Positions 27,321 to 39,034 of a stretch of DNA of 64,000 nucleotides are shown here, one piece after another. Position 1 is the first letter of the stretch. Each line of letters begins with the position of its first letter. The stretch covers positions 38,192,001 to 38,256,000 of the forward strand of contig NC_043008.1 in assembly GCF_006345805.1 (NCBI RefSeq). Reading direction: 5' to 3'. The notes under the pieces were generated by a model, which made no database searches, was not told the DNA's origin, and saw only the letters and a program-made list of their open reading frames with translations. The DNA is from Octopus sinensis (lineage: Eukaryota). Made by a program: the position numbers and the translations under genes.

Positions 27321-27510
27321 CGCCATGATGGATCGCTAGCCACTACTCATTCTTTATTTTCTCCCCTTGTTTCTTTCTCTGTTCCTTTCTGTGTAAGAGC
27401 ATAGGCTCGAAACATTAAAAACTTTTTCACTTCCTGAGTGTTATACTAATACATCTGTTTGTTGTCCACACCACTTGTCTTCGTCTTATGTTTTTTTGTG
27501 AATTCTCCCT
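27321..27510 (+). mobile_element. Repeat family F (Penelope-like terminal fragment with hammerhead-like motif), copy 1
   Basis: Near-identical ~190-bp segments at 42512-42714 and 51488-51688, all ending at (TA)n; the Penelope assignment is inferred from the motif only. Confidence 0.6.
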
Positions 27511-27517
27511 ATATATG

Positions 27518-27555
<38 letters not shown>

Positions 27556-27582
27556 TACTTATATATATACACATATATACAC

Positions 27583-27935
27583 AGGCATGGCTGTGTGGTA
27601 ACTAGCTTGCTTACCAACCACATGGTTCCAGGTTGAGTCTGCATGGAACCTTGGGCAAGTGTCTTCTACCAAAGCCTTGTGAGTGAATTTGGTAGGTGGA
27701 AACAGAAAGAAGTCTAGCATATGAGTGTGTGTGTGTGTCTGTGTTTGTCCTCCCACCACCATTTGACAACCGATGTTGGTGTGTTTACGTCCCCATAACT
27801 TAGCAGTTTGGCAAAAGAGACTGATAGTATAAGTACTAGGCTTACAAAGAATAAGTCTTGGGTTCGACATGTTAGACTAAACGCGGTGCTCCAGCATGGC
27901 CAAAGTCAAATGACTGAAGCAAATAAAAGAATAAA
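27583..27935 (+). mobile_element. SINE family B, full length
   Basis: caggcatggctgtgtggtaa...ggtgctccagcatggccaaagtcaaatgactgaagcaaataaaagaataaa. Confidence 0.9.
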
Positions 27936-27937
27936 TG

Positions 27938-28006
<69 letters not shown>

Positions 28007-28499
28007 CATATATATATATATATAGACACACACACACACACATATAGGTACAGGTATGATTGTTTATTTCACACCATGTAATTTTAGATTCAGTCCTACA
28101 ACATACAATCTGAGACAGGTGTCTTCTACAATAGCATCAGGACCATAAAAGCCTTCTGAGTGAATATGGTAGACAGAAATGGGAAGAAGCCCATGTATAC
28201 GTTTCTATATTTATTTATTTGTATATGTGAGTCTACATCTGTTTGCATGATTTTGACATTTGTGCTTCCCCAAAATTCGTGAGCTACAAGCAAGCAAGCA
28301 GTGAGTGATGTTGTCGGTTTTTGCTGTCATTACATCTACCAGCATTCAAGATGTGTGAAGTGATCGCTCGCTTGAAAACAAGAAAATGTTAGTGACAGGA
28401 CAGGTGTGTAGCTGTGAAATAATGCCTTGTTAATGCATTCATCTAACCCATGTTAGATGTATACAATATGCACACACACACACACATACACGCACACAT

Positions 28500-28549
<50 letters not shown>

Positions 28550-28867
28550 TGTACGCACACACAGACATAGAGAGTGAGAGAGACTGATTGATAAATATGG
28601 ATATATCTTTTTCTTCATTTCTTTAAAGCCTCTATACTTCTATTTGTCTTTCTCTCATATCATAAAAGCTTCAAAAGAAATCATCATCGTCATTATCATC
28701 ATCATCATCATCGCCATCACCATCGTCATCTCTATAATCATCATCATCTCCATCATCATGTATATATGTATATATATATATATATAAGGCTAATAGGTTT
28801 TGGGGTCTGACGATATGTATATATACATTGTATAATATATATATATCATCATCATCATCATCATCAT

Positions 28868-28915
<48 letters not shown>

Positions 28916-29436
28916 TATTACTATTTTCATGATATCATTATTGTTGGTGCTGTAGAAAATGTTCACATTACCAAGAAGTGAAGTTCTGTGCAATCTATTA
29001 AAGTGTTGCCACTAGCCATGTTAAGAGTGTTTCAGATGAATGGCCAAAGAGTCGACAATTTGTATGCCATCTTTGGCACACTATGCTTCACTGGTTATAA
29101 CTTAGTGCTCATCGTGGATTCTGGCTGGCCGATTTGAGTGAAGATACACAACATGAAAACCAAATTACACAATGATACCCTCGAACAACCGAATAGCTTA
29201 TTAATCATCAACATTGAAAATATAATTTGAGTGGAACAAAAATACAAAGAAATAAAAATCATAAATAGCTATTAGATAAAATAAAGGAAATCTCAAATGC
29301 AGAATAGCTGTGAAAACAGTTTAGAAGATCAGATGAATACTGTTAGAAGATGGGAAAAAGTGAACAGGAAGCTGCTACAAAGAATCAAATCTTGTACCTC
29401 TTGGTTATTACATTTAATATTCACTAATGGCAAAGC

Positions 29437-29656
29437 TGTGGCAAGCTGGCAGGAATGTTAGCATGCTGGATGAAATACTAAGCAGTAGTTTGTCTATTTG
29501 TCTGTCTTTACGTTCTGAATTCAAATTCTGCCGAGGTTGGTCTTGCCTGTCATCCTTTCAGAGTCGATTACTTAAGTACCAGTTGTTTCCTGGGGTCGAT
29601 CTAATTGACTGGTGCCCTCCCCAGAAATTTTGGGCCTTGTGCCTAGAGTAGAAAAG
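29437..29656 (+). mobile_element. SINE family A
   Basis: aagctggcaggaatgttagcatgctgg...ttctgaattcaaattctgccgagg...ggggtcgatc. Confidence 0.85.
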
Positions 29657-29724
29657 AATATATACTAATGGTAATAATATATACTAATGTTGTTGTTGTT
29701 GTTGTTGTTATTGTTATTATTATT

Positions 29725-29985
29725 TGTGTTCTTGAGCAAGACACTTTTTTTCACATTGCTCCAGTTCACTCAGCTGTAAAAATGAGTGGCGACGTCACAG
29801 GGGCCAAGCTATATCAGCCTTTGCCTTTCCCTTGGATAACACTGGTGGCATGGAGAAGGGAGGCTGGTATGCATGGGCGACTGCTGGTCTTCCATAAACA
29901 ACTTACCCGGACTTGTGCCTTGGAGGGTAACTTTCTAGGTGCAATCCCATGGTCAGTCATGACCAAAGGGAGTCTCAGCATCATT
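29725..29985 (+). mobile_element. SINE-like repeat (family C)
   Basis: cttgagcaagacactt...cacattgctccagttcactcagctgtaaaaatgagt resembles conserved SINE central domains; single copy in the window; GC-richer than its flanks. Confidence 0.45.
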
Positions 29986-30842
29986 ATTAAGGTGGCAAGC
30001 TGGAAGAATTGTTACCCCAGTTTAGTACTGGGATCGATGTAATCAACTAACCCCTCCCTAAAAATTTCAGGTCTTGTGCCTATAGTAGAAAAGATTATTA
30101 TTATTGTTGTTGTTGTATTAACAAAGAGAGGTTTAGCTATAATTTGAAAAAAAAAAATCAATTGGAAAGATCCAATTTACATCAAACATCATTTCTGAAG
30201 ACAAGAAATGGTTTAATATTTTGAGCAGAAAATCTTTTACTCTTCAGCGCTTTTCAATTTAAAGTATTTTCAACGGATGAAGATAAAGAAAAATAAATTA
30301 AAAATGCCAGATTGAAAATATAAGAATAAGAAAGGATTTCTGAACAAGGGACTAGTATACTTTTATTGTATATATCCCTTCAGGGATTTTCTGTAGGATT
30401 AAAACAAATAAAATGTGATTGCCGATCAACACTTAATTTCTATAAATATTTAGTAAAGAATGTTTGAGTGAGTGACATAACGTCAAGTAAGTGTGGAATA
30501 TTTAATATCAATATAAGCATGTGTGTGCATGTGTGTATGCATGTGTATGCATGTGTGTATGTTGGGAATTTTTCTGATATTTATAATTTATAAATAAGAT
30601 ATAATGACAGTGAAGACACCAAATATACTTGATTTGATAGGACCTGTCACTGCCACCCTGCTTTCTCTATAGTTTAGATATTTAACTGTCAACAGCTCAT
30701 TTGAAGTAGCTGCAAGTAGAATTCGGCATTAAACTGAATTCTAGTGATGGCAGCAGCACTGGAATTGACAACAATTTCCTTGGTTGCTAGGGCTGGGTTC
30801 AATTCTTTGCAAAATAAATAAAATAAAGAAATTAAAAACAAA

Positions 30843-31290
30843 TAGACGCCAGAGTGGTTGTGTGGTAAGAAGCTTGCTTCCCAACTACATGGACCTAGGT
30901 TCAGTCCCACTGCATGGCACTTTGGGCAAGTGTCTTCTACTATAGCCTCAGGCCAGCCAAAGCCTTGTGAGTTTATTTGGTAGACAGAAACTGAAAGAAG
31001 CCTGTCGTATGTATGTATGTATGTATGTATGTATGTATGTATGTATGTATGTATATATATTTGGATGTGTGTGTATGTATTTTTCTATCTGTGTTTGTCC
31101 ACCCACCATCACTTGACAAACAATGTTGGTGTGCTTACATCCCCATAACTTAATAGTTTGGCACAAGAGACCAATACAATAAGTACTAGACTTACAAAAA
31201 ATAAGTGCTGGGGTTGATTTGTTCAACTAAAGGTGGTGCTCCAGCATGACCACAGTCAAATGAGTGAAACAAGTAAAAGATAAAAGAGTA
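30843..31290 (+). mobile_element. SINE family B, full length with internal (GTAT)n
   Basis: gtgtggtaagaagcttgcttcccaactacatgg...gtgctccagcatgaccacagtcaaatgag. Confidence 0.9.
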
Positions 31291-32008
31291 AATAAAAAAA
31301 GTAAAAAGAAAGCAAGGATAATTTGTGCCTGATAAAGTTTTATTTCCTCAAAGCACTGAAAATTCAGAAACAAGCACTGGCCTTCTAAGAGGGGATAATG
31401 GGGACGGAAAAAATGTTTGATAAAAAAAAGGAATAAACTTCTGTTTGTAATTGTCACAATGGTGACAGATAAGAGGTTATTACAGAGAGAGGTTCACAAG
31501 GATATACACAATATAAACCAATATTAACTGCTTCTAAGATGAAAACCATGACCACTGACTAAGGTCAGTCAAGGAACAGCACAGCTCTAGGAATATCTTG
31601 AGAAATGAGATAAATACTTTCTCCCATCTTTATTCCCTTATATAAAGGAAAGTACTGAGAGTAAACCCATTCCCTGGATCCTTTCTCACTCCTCTCACTT
31701 ATCTTTCAGCAGATTAATAGTTTTACATCTGACTTTGGCAGTCATAGGTTTAATGTTTTTCAGTAAAAGCTCCTATAAAGCATTCAACTCTATGCTAAGC
31801 CAATTGAATTTATCAAGACCCATCCTCTGTATTGATTTTTTTCTAGTCATCTTATTTTTCATTGTTGTTCCTTGACTTTTATCTATTATCTTGACTTTGT
31901 GCCACATGTGTTGATGTCTTAGCTTTTTTCCTTCCTCCAATGACCAGGTATGTTTGATTTTTCTGTCTCCTAATAGGTTATGGTTTTACAATGTTCTTCT
32001 GGACTTAC

Positions 32009-32051
32009 TCTCAGTGTGTGGGTGGTCTCAACATTATAATCACTGTCACAA
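32009..32051 (-). CDS. Possible 43-nt exon (CDSDYNVETTHTLR, phase 2 to 0)
   Basis: ttttccatttcatgcAG acceptor and GA|GTAAGT donor; one frame open. Confidence 0.3.
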
Positions 32052-32318
32052 CTGCATGAAATGGAAAACACCAAAAGAACTTCTAAAATCTCACTACATT
32101 ATATTAGAAGCATGTCAGAAAAAAAATTCAGGTGTCCTGTGAACTATACAACACCAGGACTATATTCAAAGAAGGTCTACTCTCTAGGGATTGCCATCTT
32201 GAAAAAAAAAGCTTCAGAAGAGATTATGATGACTTTGACATTCCTCAAAATCTCTGTAAATGATGTTAGTATAAACAAATGTATGTATAAAACATTGCAT
32301 ATACATATAAAAATGCAT

Positions 32319-32365
<47 letters not shown>

Positions 32366-33139
32366 TAGAGATAGATATATAGATAGATAGATATACACAT
32401 ACATACATGCATACATATATATATATATATACATATGTATTTGTGTGTGAGTATCATATATGCATGCATGTATGTATATAAGCATATATGCGTCATTTAC
32501 ATATATAAGACTTCTTTGTTTAGTATCTATTAATTTAGAACATTCCTCTGGAAAGAAACAGTTAACTTTGTTAGGAACGGATAATTTATTAGGAATCATA
32601 TTAATTAAAGATAATGACATTAAAAAGAATAAAATAAAAGCAGAACTACTTCTAATTAAGGCTGAAACTTAGCTGCAAAATACATGCAATGAGTTTTAAG
32701 AAATTAACATAATTCAATTAAGATAATTGAGTGTTTTTCTATTTCATGACAGAATAGAAGCAAATGAAATGAAAGATGAGCATATTTTTACAATATCTAT
32801 TTCGTAGTTGTAATATATAAAATAGAACAATGAAATTAACTGGAAATTCATGTTGATAAAGTATAGAAAATAACTGAAGCCAATTAAAAAGATAGGCTTT
32901 AATAATTTTGCTTTGTTTTTCGTTTGTTTTTGTTTGGTAGAATTTTGTATATAGATTTATTTAGTCATGTCAGATCAACTATTGTGTGGAAATTATCAAA
33001 AGGATGACAGTAAAGTCCAAAAGATTATATCCACTATGACACAAACTTATATGATCAATTTAGTACTCCAACATGGCCACAGTGTAATGACTGAAACAAG
33101 TAAAAGAATAAAAGATGACTTGGTAATTTACTGCTTTAA

Positions 33140-33590
33140 TCTTTTTCATTTCTGTATTTATTTTGAGATGCTCTGTGTTTCTTTCAACTGATTTTAAATA
33201 TAACAAAGAATTTAGTAAAATATCTTAGTTATTAGAAAGTTACTACTTGTAAATCTCATGAGAGATATTTAGCGATAGTACTTTGGAGTAAAGATTGTTT
33301 GCCAACATAACATGGCAGTCCTGGTTTAGGACGAATGTTGCTGTAATTTAACCCCAGGAGACACTGTCTCCATCTGGCTATATGACACGATCTGTGTTCT
33401 TACAATTTCGAATGAGGGAATCTTGCACCTCCACTCAGTTCAAAGCAATATCTTAGTTATTATTCAACTAGTATTAAGAACATAAATTGGGACTAAGGTT
33501 TAGTGGAAGATTTTAATTGAAAACTTACACAAACAAGACATTTGTACTACAAAGCCAGAAGCAGTTTCAGGTGGGTTGGTATCAAAAGTG
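33140..33590. mobile_element. piggyBac-like MITE (family 1, inverted relative to 44273-44492) interrupted by a 212-bp insertion
   Basis: TTAA flanks; both halves match the reverse complement of 44273-44492; insert 33235-33446 flanked by the 16-bp direct repeat aatatcttagttatta. Confidence 0.75.
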
Positions 33591-33789
33591 TTAAGCTGAC
33601 AACATACATAAGAATATTTCCCTGCTGTTCCTATTGTTAAATATTTTGATATAAACTTATCCATTGAACCTATTTACAGCAAGTTCACCTGAACCAGCCA
33701 ATGTTAAATATCTTTAATGACATGTATACCATTTTAAATGTGTGTGTGTATATATTATATATATATATATCGAAATCAAATTCGATGAT

Positions 33790-34235
33790 TGGCTTCTGTG
33801 CTAGTGGAATGCTAAGAGCACCATCCGAGTGTGATGGTTGCAAGAGCAGCAAACTGGCTTCTGTGCTGGTGGCATGTAAAAAGCACCATTCGAGTGTGAT
33901 TGTTACCAGTGTCGCCTTACTGGCACTTGTGTTGGTGGCACGTGAAAAAACATTCAAACAAGGTCATTGCCAGTGCTGCTGGACTGGCTCCTGTGCAGGT
34001 GACATATAAAAAACACTATTTGAGCATGGCCATTGCCAGTACCACCTGACTGGCCCTCATGCCGGTGGCACGTAAAAGCACCCACTACACTCTCGGAGTG
34101 GTTGGCGTTAGCAAGGGCATCCAGCTGTAGAAACTCTGCCAGATCAAATTGGAGCCTGGTTTGCCAGTCTTCAGTCAAATCGTCCAACCCATGCTAGCAT
34201 GGAAAGTGAACATTAAACGATGATGATAATGATGA
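33790..34235 (+). mobile_element. RTE-family 3' tail fragment (plus orientation)
   Basis: ggtggcacgtaaaagcacccactacactctcggagtggttggcgttag...catgctagcatggaaagtgaacattaaacgatgatg. Confidence 0.85.
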
Positions 34236-34423
34236 TATATATATATCATCATCATCATCATCATCATCATCATTTAGCGTCCGTTTTCCATGCTAGCATG
34301 GGTTGGACGGTTCAACTGGGGTCTGGGGAGCCCGAAGGCTGCACCAGGCCAGTCAGATCTGGCAGTGTTTCTACAGCTGGATGCCCTTCCTAACGCCAAC
34401 CACTCCGAGAGTGTAGTGGGTGA

Positions 34424-35945
34424 TTTTATGTGCCACCGACACAGGTGCCAGACGAGGCTGGCGAACGGCCACGCTCGGATGGTTTTTTATGTGCCACCGA
34501 CACAGGTGCCAGACGAGGCTGGCAGACGGCCACGCTCGGATGGTGTTTTTATGTGCCACCGACACAGGTGCCAGATGAGGCTGGCAGGTGCCAGACGAGG
34601 CTGGCAGACGGCCACGCTCGGATGGTGTTTTTATGTGCCACCGACACAGGTGCCAGATGAGGCTGGCGGACGGCCACGATCGGATGGTGTTTGTTACGTC
34701 CCCAAAGCACGGAGGCCATCTATGCGGTACTGGCTACGGCCACGTTCGGATGATTTTCTTGTGTGCCACCGGCACTGGTACCACAAAGATACAAATTCCA
34801 TTTATGTTCATCTATTTTGATTTGTTTTGATTTGATTTGATTTTCACTTGCCTCAACAGGTCTTCACAAGTGTCACAAGAAGGAAGGTATGCACAGGTGG
34901 ACTGTCTACGTCGCCGGGTCTTCGGATGGTGTCTTTATGTGCCACCGACACAGGTGCCAGATGTGGCTGGCGAACGGCCACGATCGGATGGTTTTCTTGT
35001 GTGCCACCGGTACTGGAACCACAAAGATACAAATTCCATTGATGTTCATCTATTTTGATTTGGTTTGATTTTCACTTGCCTCAACAGGTCTTCACAAGTG
35101 TCACGCATGTCACACACTTGCCTCAACAGGTCTCCACAAGTGTCACACACTTGCCTCTGCCTCAACAGGTCTTCACAAAGTGTCACACACTTGCCTCTGC
35201 CTCAACAGGTCTTCACAAGTGTCATAAGAGGGAAGGTATGCACAGGTGGACTGACTACGTCGCCGGGTCTTTGGATGGTGTTTTTATGTGCCACCGACAC
35301 AGGTGCCAGGTGAGGCTGGCGAACGGCCACGATCAGATGGTGTTTGTTGTGCCCACAGCACGGAGGCCAGTCGATGCGGTACCAGCTACGGCCACGTTCG
35401 GATGGTTTTCTTGTGTGCCACCGGTACTGGAACCACAAAGATACAAATTCCATTGATATTCATCTATTTTGATTTGGTTTGATTTTCACTTGCCTCAACA
35501 GGTCTTCACAAGGGTCACACACTTGCCTCAACAGGTCTCCACAAGTGTCACACACTTGCCTCTGCCTCAACAGGTCTTCACAAGTGTCACACACTTGCCT
35601 CAACAGGTCTTCACAAGTGTCATAAGAGGGAAGGTATGCACAGTGGACTGACTACGTCGCCGGGTCTTCGGATGGTGTCTTTATGTGCCACCGGCACAGG
35701 TGCCAGATGAGGCTGGCGAACGGCCATGATCGGATGGTGTTTGTTGTGCCCACAGCACGGAGGCCAGTCGATGCGGTACTGGTTACGGCCACGTTTGGGT
35801 GGTTTTCTTGTGTGCCACCGGCACTGGTACCACAAAGAATACAATTCCACTGATGTTCATCTATTTTGATTTGTTTTGATTTGATTTGATTTTCACTTGC
35901 CTCAACAGGTCTTCATAAGTGTCACAAGAAGGAAGGTATGCACAG
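34424..35945. repeat. Hierarchical tandem array inside the LINE 3' UTR
   Basis: About 62-bp unit x4 (34424-34694); then a ~240-420 bp unit x4 containing a 31-37 bp subunit (cacttgcctcaacaggtcttcacaagtgtcaca) at variable copy number. Confidence 0.9.
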
Positions 35946-35987
35946 GACTGATTACGTCCCAGGTCGGGGCCACGGGTTATGGCCTGA

Positions 35988-36449
35988 CTAGTCTTGCCGG
36001 GTCTTCTCATGCACAGCATACTTCCATAGGTCTCGGTCTCTAGACATTTCCTTAGTGAGACCTAAAGTTCGAAGGTCGTGCTTCACCACCTCGTCCCAGG
36101 TTTTCCTGGGTCTACCTCTTCCACAGGTTCCCTCCACTGCTAGGGTGTAGCACTTTTGCACACAACTATCTTCAGCCTTTCTTGTCACATGACCATACCA
36201 GCACAGCCGTCTCTCTTGCACGCCACAACTGACGCTTCTTAGGTTCAGCTTTTCTCTCAAGGAACTTACACTCTGACGATTATGAACACTGACATTACAC
36301 ATCCATCGGAGCATACTGGCTTCATTTCTTGCGAGCTTACGCATATCCTCAGCAGTCACGGCCCATGTTTCACTGCCATGTAGCATGGCTGTACGTACAC
36401 ATGCATCATACAGTCTGCCTTTTACTCTGAGCGAGAGGCCTTTTGTCAC
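35988..36449 (-). CDS. RTE LINE ORF2 C-terminal fragment (post-RT region)
   Basis: KGRLYDACVRTAMLHGSETW...MLRWMCNV...RRLCWYGHV...GRGRPRKTWDEVV...DRDLWK, the typical RTE C-terminus; no internal stops. Confidence 0.9.
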   Translation of the reverse strand: MTKGLSLRVKGRLYDACVRTAMLHGSETWAVTAEDMRKLARNEASMLRWMCNVSVHNRQSVSSLREKLNLRSVSCGVQERRLCWYGHVTRKAEDSCVQKCYTLAVEGTCGRGRPRKTWDEVVKHDLRTLGLTKEMSRDRDLWKYAVHEKTRQD

Positions 36450-36500
36450 CAGCAGGGGTAAGAGCTCAGAATGATTTGTAGCTATAATATTTTGTTCCAG

Positions 36501-36571
36501 AAAATCTTCTTTATGTACTTAAGAGTCTAAATAAAGCTGAAACAGTGTGTCAATTTGCTGATGACACAAAA
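36501..36571 (+). CDS. Possible exon (xENLLYVLKSLNKAETVCQFADDTK)
   Basis: attttgttccAG acceptor; weak GTATCT donor; frame stays open to 36628. Confidence 0.3.
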
Positions 36572-37281
36572 GTATCTTTGAGAAGTCTCTCTGTACTGAA
36601 ACAGAATATTACAACTAGCGTTGTTTAATGTTTGTATATACATTATAAATTTTATAGACATCATTTTTTAATCTAATGCTGTTTTCAGTGGGACCAAACC
36701 CTTAACCACATGGTTGAAAAGCAAACTTCTAAACCACATCTCTATGTCTTTCACTACATAACTGAATGATATAACTTGATTCAAATTTAATAAAAAGTGG
36801 TATTCATTTTATGGACTCCCACAAATATTTTTTTAAATGGTGTAGGGTGTAAAGTCACTTCTGGTAAGATTTCAATATAAAACAATAAAGGACAAAATTA
36901 AATAATGAAGACATTTTAATGTAGGGCTACCATTTCTGTAACACTATTGCTTGCAACCAAATGCTATAATATTGATTCACCATTTTGGCACCAGGTTACA
37001 CAGTTGTAATGAGGAATTATAGTTGATTGAATTGATTTCGGTACATGACTGGTACTTATTTTATCAATACTGAAGTAATTTAAAGCAAAGCTGTCCCCAT
37101 CAAGATTCAAACATAGAATGCGAAAGGGAGGAATTCAATACTCCACAGCCTTTTATTCTGGCATTCTCATCCCTTCTAGTACACCACCATTACCATTATA
37201 CCATCACCACCACCACCATCATCCAAAAGAAATACTATAGCATTCAATATTTTCTCCATAGTGTGGATGTTTTCTCTACAG

Positions 37282-37359
37282 CACAGACTATTCAGGACTA
37301 AACCCAAAGGAATGTCAGGGGAAAAGTTGAAAAACAAAAAATTCATCAAAGAAATCTGA
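37282..37359 (+). CDS. Possible terminal exon (HRLFRTKPKGMSGEKLKNKKFIKEI*)
   Basis: gttttctctacAG acceptor; phase 0 fits the exon ending at 36571. Confidence 0.25.
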   Translation, partial: HRLFRTKPKGMSGEKLKNKKFIKEI

Positions 37360-38447
37360 AATTGAAATTGTATCTAAAGAACCTGAATCGAAATAGCCAT
37401 CCCTTTTTGATGGAGTGGATACATTAATTTTCCTCTAAAGCTTCGGAAACTATTTCATTTCTTTGAAAATCTTTTCCATTTAATATGAATGATGTCCTAT
37501 GTTATTTCAAATTGTTGGCTGATGTGATTTAAGCAACATTTCCATTGTATGTAAATTGCTTTTCCTCTCTCTCTTTCTCTCTCCCCTCTCTCTCTCTATC
37601 CCTCTCTCTTTTCTCTCTTCAGTGTAATGTGTGACAAGGAAACAAAATTTGGCTTTAACAAATATCAGTGAATGAATAAATACTTGAATAATTCATGACC
37701 TAATGTTGAAGTCATGTTTATCAAAAGATTTCAAGATCAAACATTGATAATTTCTCTGAGATAAGTGGAAAAGAAGCCAAAATCAAAGCAAAAATCGACC
37801 AAGACTTAGTACCACTGATTATTCCGCCCTTGCAAATGATAAACTTCTTGGAAATACTTTCCAATGCTAAAAATTCCAGTTCATTTCTAACTGATAGCAG
37901 TTTAATTAACACTAGTTTTGTTATGTAAAACAGACTTTGTCTCTAACCACAAATCCAACGAAAATATTGTTGATAACCTCTTGCTGGTAACAAAAAAAAG
38001 AGAAAATTCATATAAGTTTTCTAAAACTTTAATCGTTATCACCAAGCTTTATCAAACGTCTTTGAATTTATTAGTGTGTCTGATGTTGTATTGCTTAAGC
38101 AAGTTACAAAAAAGAAAAGGAAAAAAAAAGATGAATTTTTTCAATTCAATATTTTTTTGAACTTTAAAAGAAACAAACCATGATTAATGACATTCTGGTA
38201 GAGTAAAGAGCAGACACTTTTGTTGCAATAACACCAAATAAATTAACTGATATAGTGTCAGAATTATGGGGACATTCATTGCTAATAGAGAGTTAATCAT
38301 CTAGAAACTACTCAGATTTTATATTATCAGTTAACTTGCAAATTAATATTGTATCTGAAAAGTTTTCAGCTTTCGAGATATAAATATTGTGACAGTGACA
38401 GAATTTGATAGTTTTCCTCACAGAGTGCATGTGTGTGTATATTTGTG

Positions 38448-38483
<36 letters not shown>

Positions 38484-38691
38484 GTGTGTGTGTGTGTATG
38501 TGTGAGCATAATCGCAGATATGATAAGTGTATGACCATACGTATACAGCCATATTTGGAGCAACATGATCCTCTGATCATCACCATCATATCATTGCTCT
38601 GATATCTATATTTCCATGCCGGCACACATTGGATGTGCCATCTCAATAGTTTCCCTTACCCTGTCTCTTATCAATCTATCTATCTATCTAT

Positions 38692-38918
38692 TTGGCAAGC
38701 TGGCAGAAACGTTAGCACTCCGGGCGAAATGCATAACCATATTTCGTTTGTCGTTACGTTGTGAATTCAAATTCCGACAAGATCGACTTTGCCTTTCATC
38801 CTTTCGGGGTCGATAAATAAAGTACCAGTTATGCACTGGGGTCGATGTAATTGACTTAATCCCTTTGTCTGTTCTTGTTAGTCCCCTCTATGTTTAGCCC
38901 CTTGTGGGCAATAAAGAA
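38692..38918 (+). mobile_element. SINE family A
   Basis: ggcaagctggcagaaacgttagcactccgggcgaaatgc...gactttgcctttcatcctttcggggtcgat...atgtttagccccttgtggg. Confidence 0.9.
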
Positions 38919-39001
38919 ATATATTTCTCTCTATCTCTCTCTGCACACATGCATACATACATGCACACATACATACATACATACATACATACATACATAC
39001 A

Positions 39002-39034
<33 letters not shown>

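Larger units (their letters stand above)
34247..36470 (-). mobile_element. 5'-truncated RTE-clade LINE with tandemly expanded 3' UTR and (GAT)n tail
   Basis: RT C-terminal ORF followed by a GC-rich repeated UTR and a (CAT)n tail on the plus strand. Confidence 0.92.

Noticed and set aside
28940-29420. Coding-looking frames, including a faint MYND-like CSHYQEVKFC
   Set aside because: Multiple stops, no consistent splice sites and incomplete cysteine pattern; more likely ancient decayed element sequence (similar at 31300-32270 and 59460-59750)
34424-35945. CRISPR-like regular repeats
   Set aside because: The units are contiguous with no unique spacers and lie within a LINE 3' UTR in eukaryotic DNA
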